50,738 nucleotides of DNA from a bacterium (lineage in GTDB: Bacteria > Patescibacteriota > Patescibacteriia > PEXW01): contig JAUYFT010000026.1 in NCBI GenBank assembly GCA_030689605.1, positions 1-50,738 of the forward strand, read 5' to 3'. Shown here one piece after another: positions 50,085 through 50,738 of this stretch (the first letter of the stretch is position 1; every line of letters starts with the position of its first letter). Below the pieces are notes generated by a model. That model was given only the letters and a program-made list of their open reading frames with translations, made no database searches and was not told the DNA's origin. Both the position numbers and the translations under genes were made by a program.

Positions 50085-50575
50085 AGAAATCTGAAGGGAA
50101 GGCGGGATCCCGCCTCTCGGCGGGATAAACGACGACCGGGCACCGAACTGGTGCTCGCCCTCGTCCTCACTGCCGCGGCCATTGGGCTGGTGCTCTTGCT
50201 GAGCCCCGCCTCCATAGCCGGCGCGCGCTAGAAGCGTTGTAGAACCCTGGTGATTTCCCGCCATCCTTTACAAAATGTACAGGTGGCCCCGCCTTGGCGG
50301 GGCTCCACGGCGGGACAAACGACTGGGTCACACCCGATCCCCCGCCTGCCTCGCCATAGCGAGTTCCTGCCCGCCGTAGTACGGCGTACGCAGGCGGGCG
50401 GCGGGCAGGCATTCCTTGCCCCGCACCTTACAATCATTATTGCAGTCTAGAGTTTCCGGTGCCCCAAACGACTAGGTCACACCCGATCCCATTCCGAACT
50501 CGGAAGTTTCCGCCAGAGGCGGACCCGCCTTTGGCGGGAAGCCGATGAATACCAGCACAATTCTCTAAAAAAGCA
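50085..50575 (+). repeat. Three degenerate 5S-rRNA-like units (A ~50085-50250, B ~50296-50466, C ~50455-50575)
   Basis: The AAACGAC anchor occurs at 50127, 50317 and 50466, with AAGCGAC at 50614 in the true 5S. 50475-50508 is identical to 50623-50656 (34 nt). Unit B keeps GGGTCACACCCGATCCC and a 3' AGAGTTTCCGGTGCCCC but has a foreign GC-rich hairpin core. Confidence 0.65.
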
Positions 50576-50602
50576 TAATGACAATTCATTCGATTCAATG
50601 TT

Positions 50603-50710
50603 CTGGGTGTCTCAAGCGACGGGGTCACACCCGATCCCATTCCGAACTCGGAAGTTAAGCCCGTCCGCGCTGATGGTACTCCTTTCGGGGGAGAGTAGGC
50701 CGGTGCCCAG
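50603..50710 (+). rRNA. rrf: 5S rRNA
   Basis: The sequence CTGGGTGTCTCAAGCGACGGGGTCACACCCGATCCCATTCCGAACTCGGAAGTTAAGCCCGTCCGCGCTGATGGTACTCC...GAGAGTAGGCCGGTGCCCAG aligns with bacterial 5S. Helix I closes with G.U pairs. It is flanked by a perfect 14-bp inverted repeat. Confidence 0.88.
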
Positions 50711-50738
50711 TACATTGAATCGAATATAGCGCTGATGG

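Overview
This 50.7-kb window reads like a chromosomal segment of a small-genome Patescibacteria/CPR-like bacterium. That placement is an inference from gene content: T4SS-pilin-like mini-proteins, giant Cys-free surface proteins, FemAB plus a truncated Mur ligase, and an intron-bearing 23S with no adjacent 16S. The standard genetic code fits, and genes are tightly packed with several ATGA start/stop overlaps.

Backbone genes:
- rpoC (partial) and rpoB
- Mur ligase, DUF3048, DUF1003
- rarA-uvrD
- translin-like and NUDIX
- FG-GAP surface protein, prs, tRNA-Arg(CCG)
- PMM/PGM, sugar nucleotidyltransferase, FemAB
- ruvA, uvrB, rpsT, holA, polA
- a long minus-strand gene string 42115->32169: ssb, GreA-C-like, LTD/PKD protein, CheY-like receiver, alpha-2-macroglobulin, Memo-like, metzincin, GIY-YIG
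- two tandem pilin-like genes, tRNA-Leu(UAG), then a 23S-5S rRNA unit

Unusual layer, all read directly from the sequence:
1. Two tandem ~870-bp cassettes lie between holA and polA. Each is an orphan ORF followed by a near-identical structured 3' module.
2. A GIY-YIG gene sits between an intact tRNA-Leu and a duplicated, hairpin-interrupted tRNA-Leu 5' fragment.
3. A conserved trailer hairpin pairs with the encoded CCA end of both tRNAs and shows one compensatory base-pair change.
4. The 23S carries a 764-nt group-I-like intron with a single-motif LAGLIDADG ORF at E. coli position ~1923, plus smaller expansions.
5. Three degenerate 5S-like units precede the intact 5S.
6. A GxxExxY nuclease gene is bounded by heptamer-built inverted repeats.
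7. TTATCCACA (DnaA-box) sites sit exactly 10 nt upstream of TTGACA hexamers at two promoters.
8. uvrD and polA share a promoter core that implies leaderless mRNAs.

I saw no CRISPR array, recombinase or reverse transcriptase. All homology calls rest on motifs I recognise by eye. Coordinates of RNA ends and promoters are approximate.
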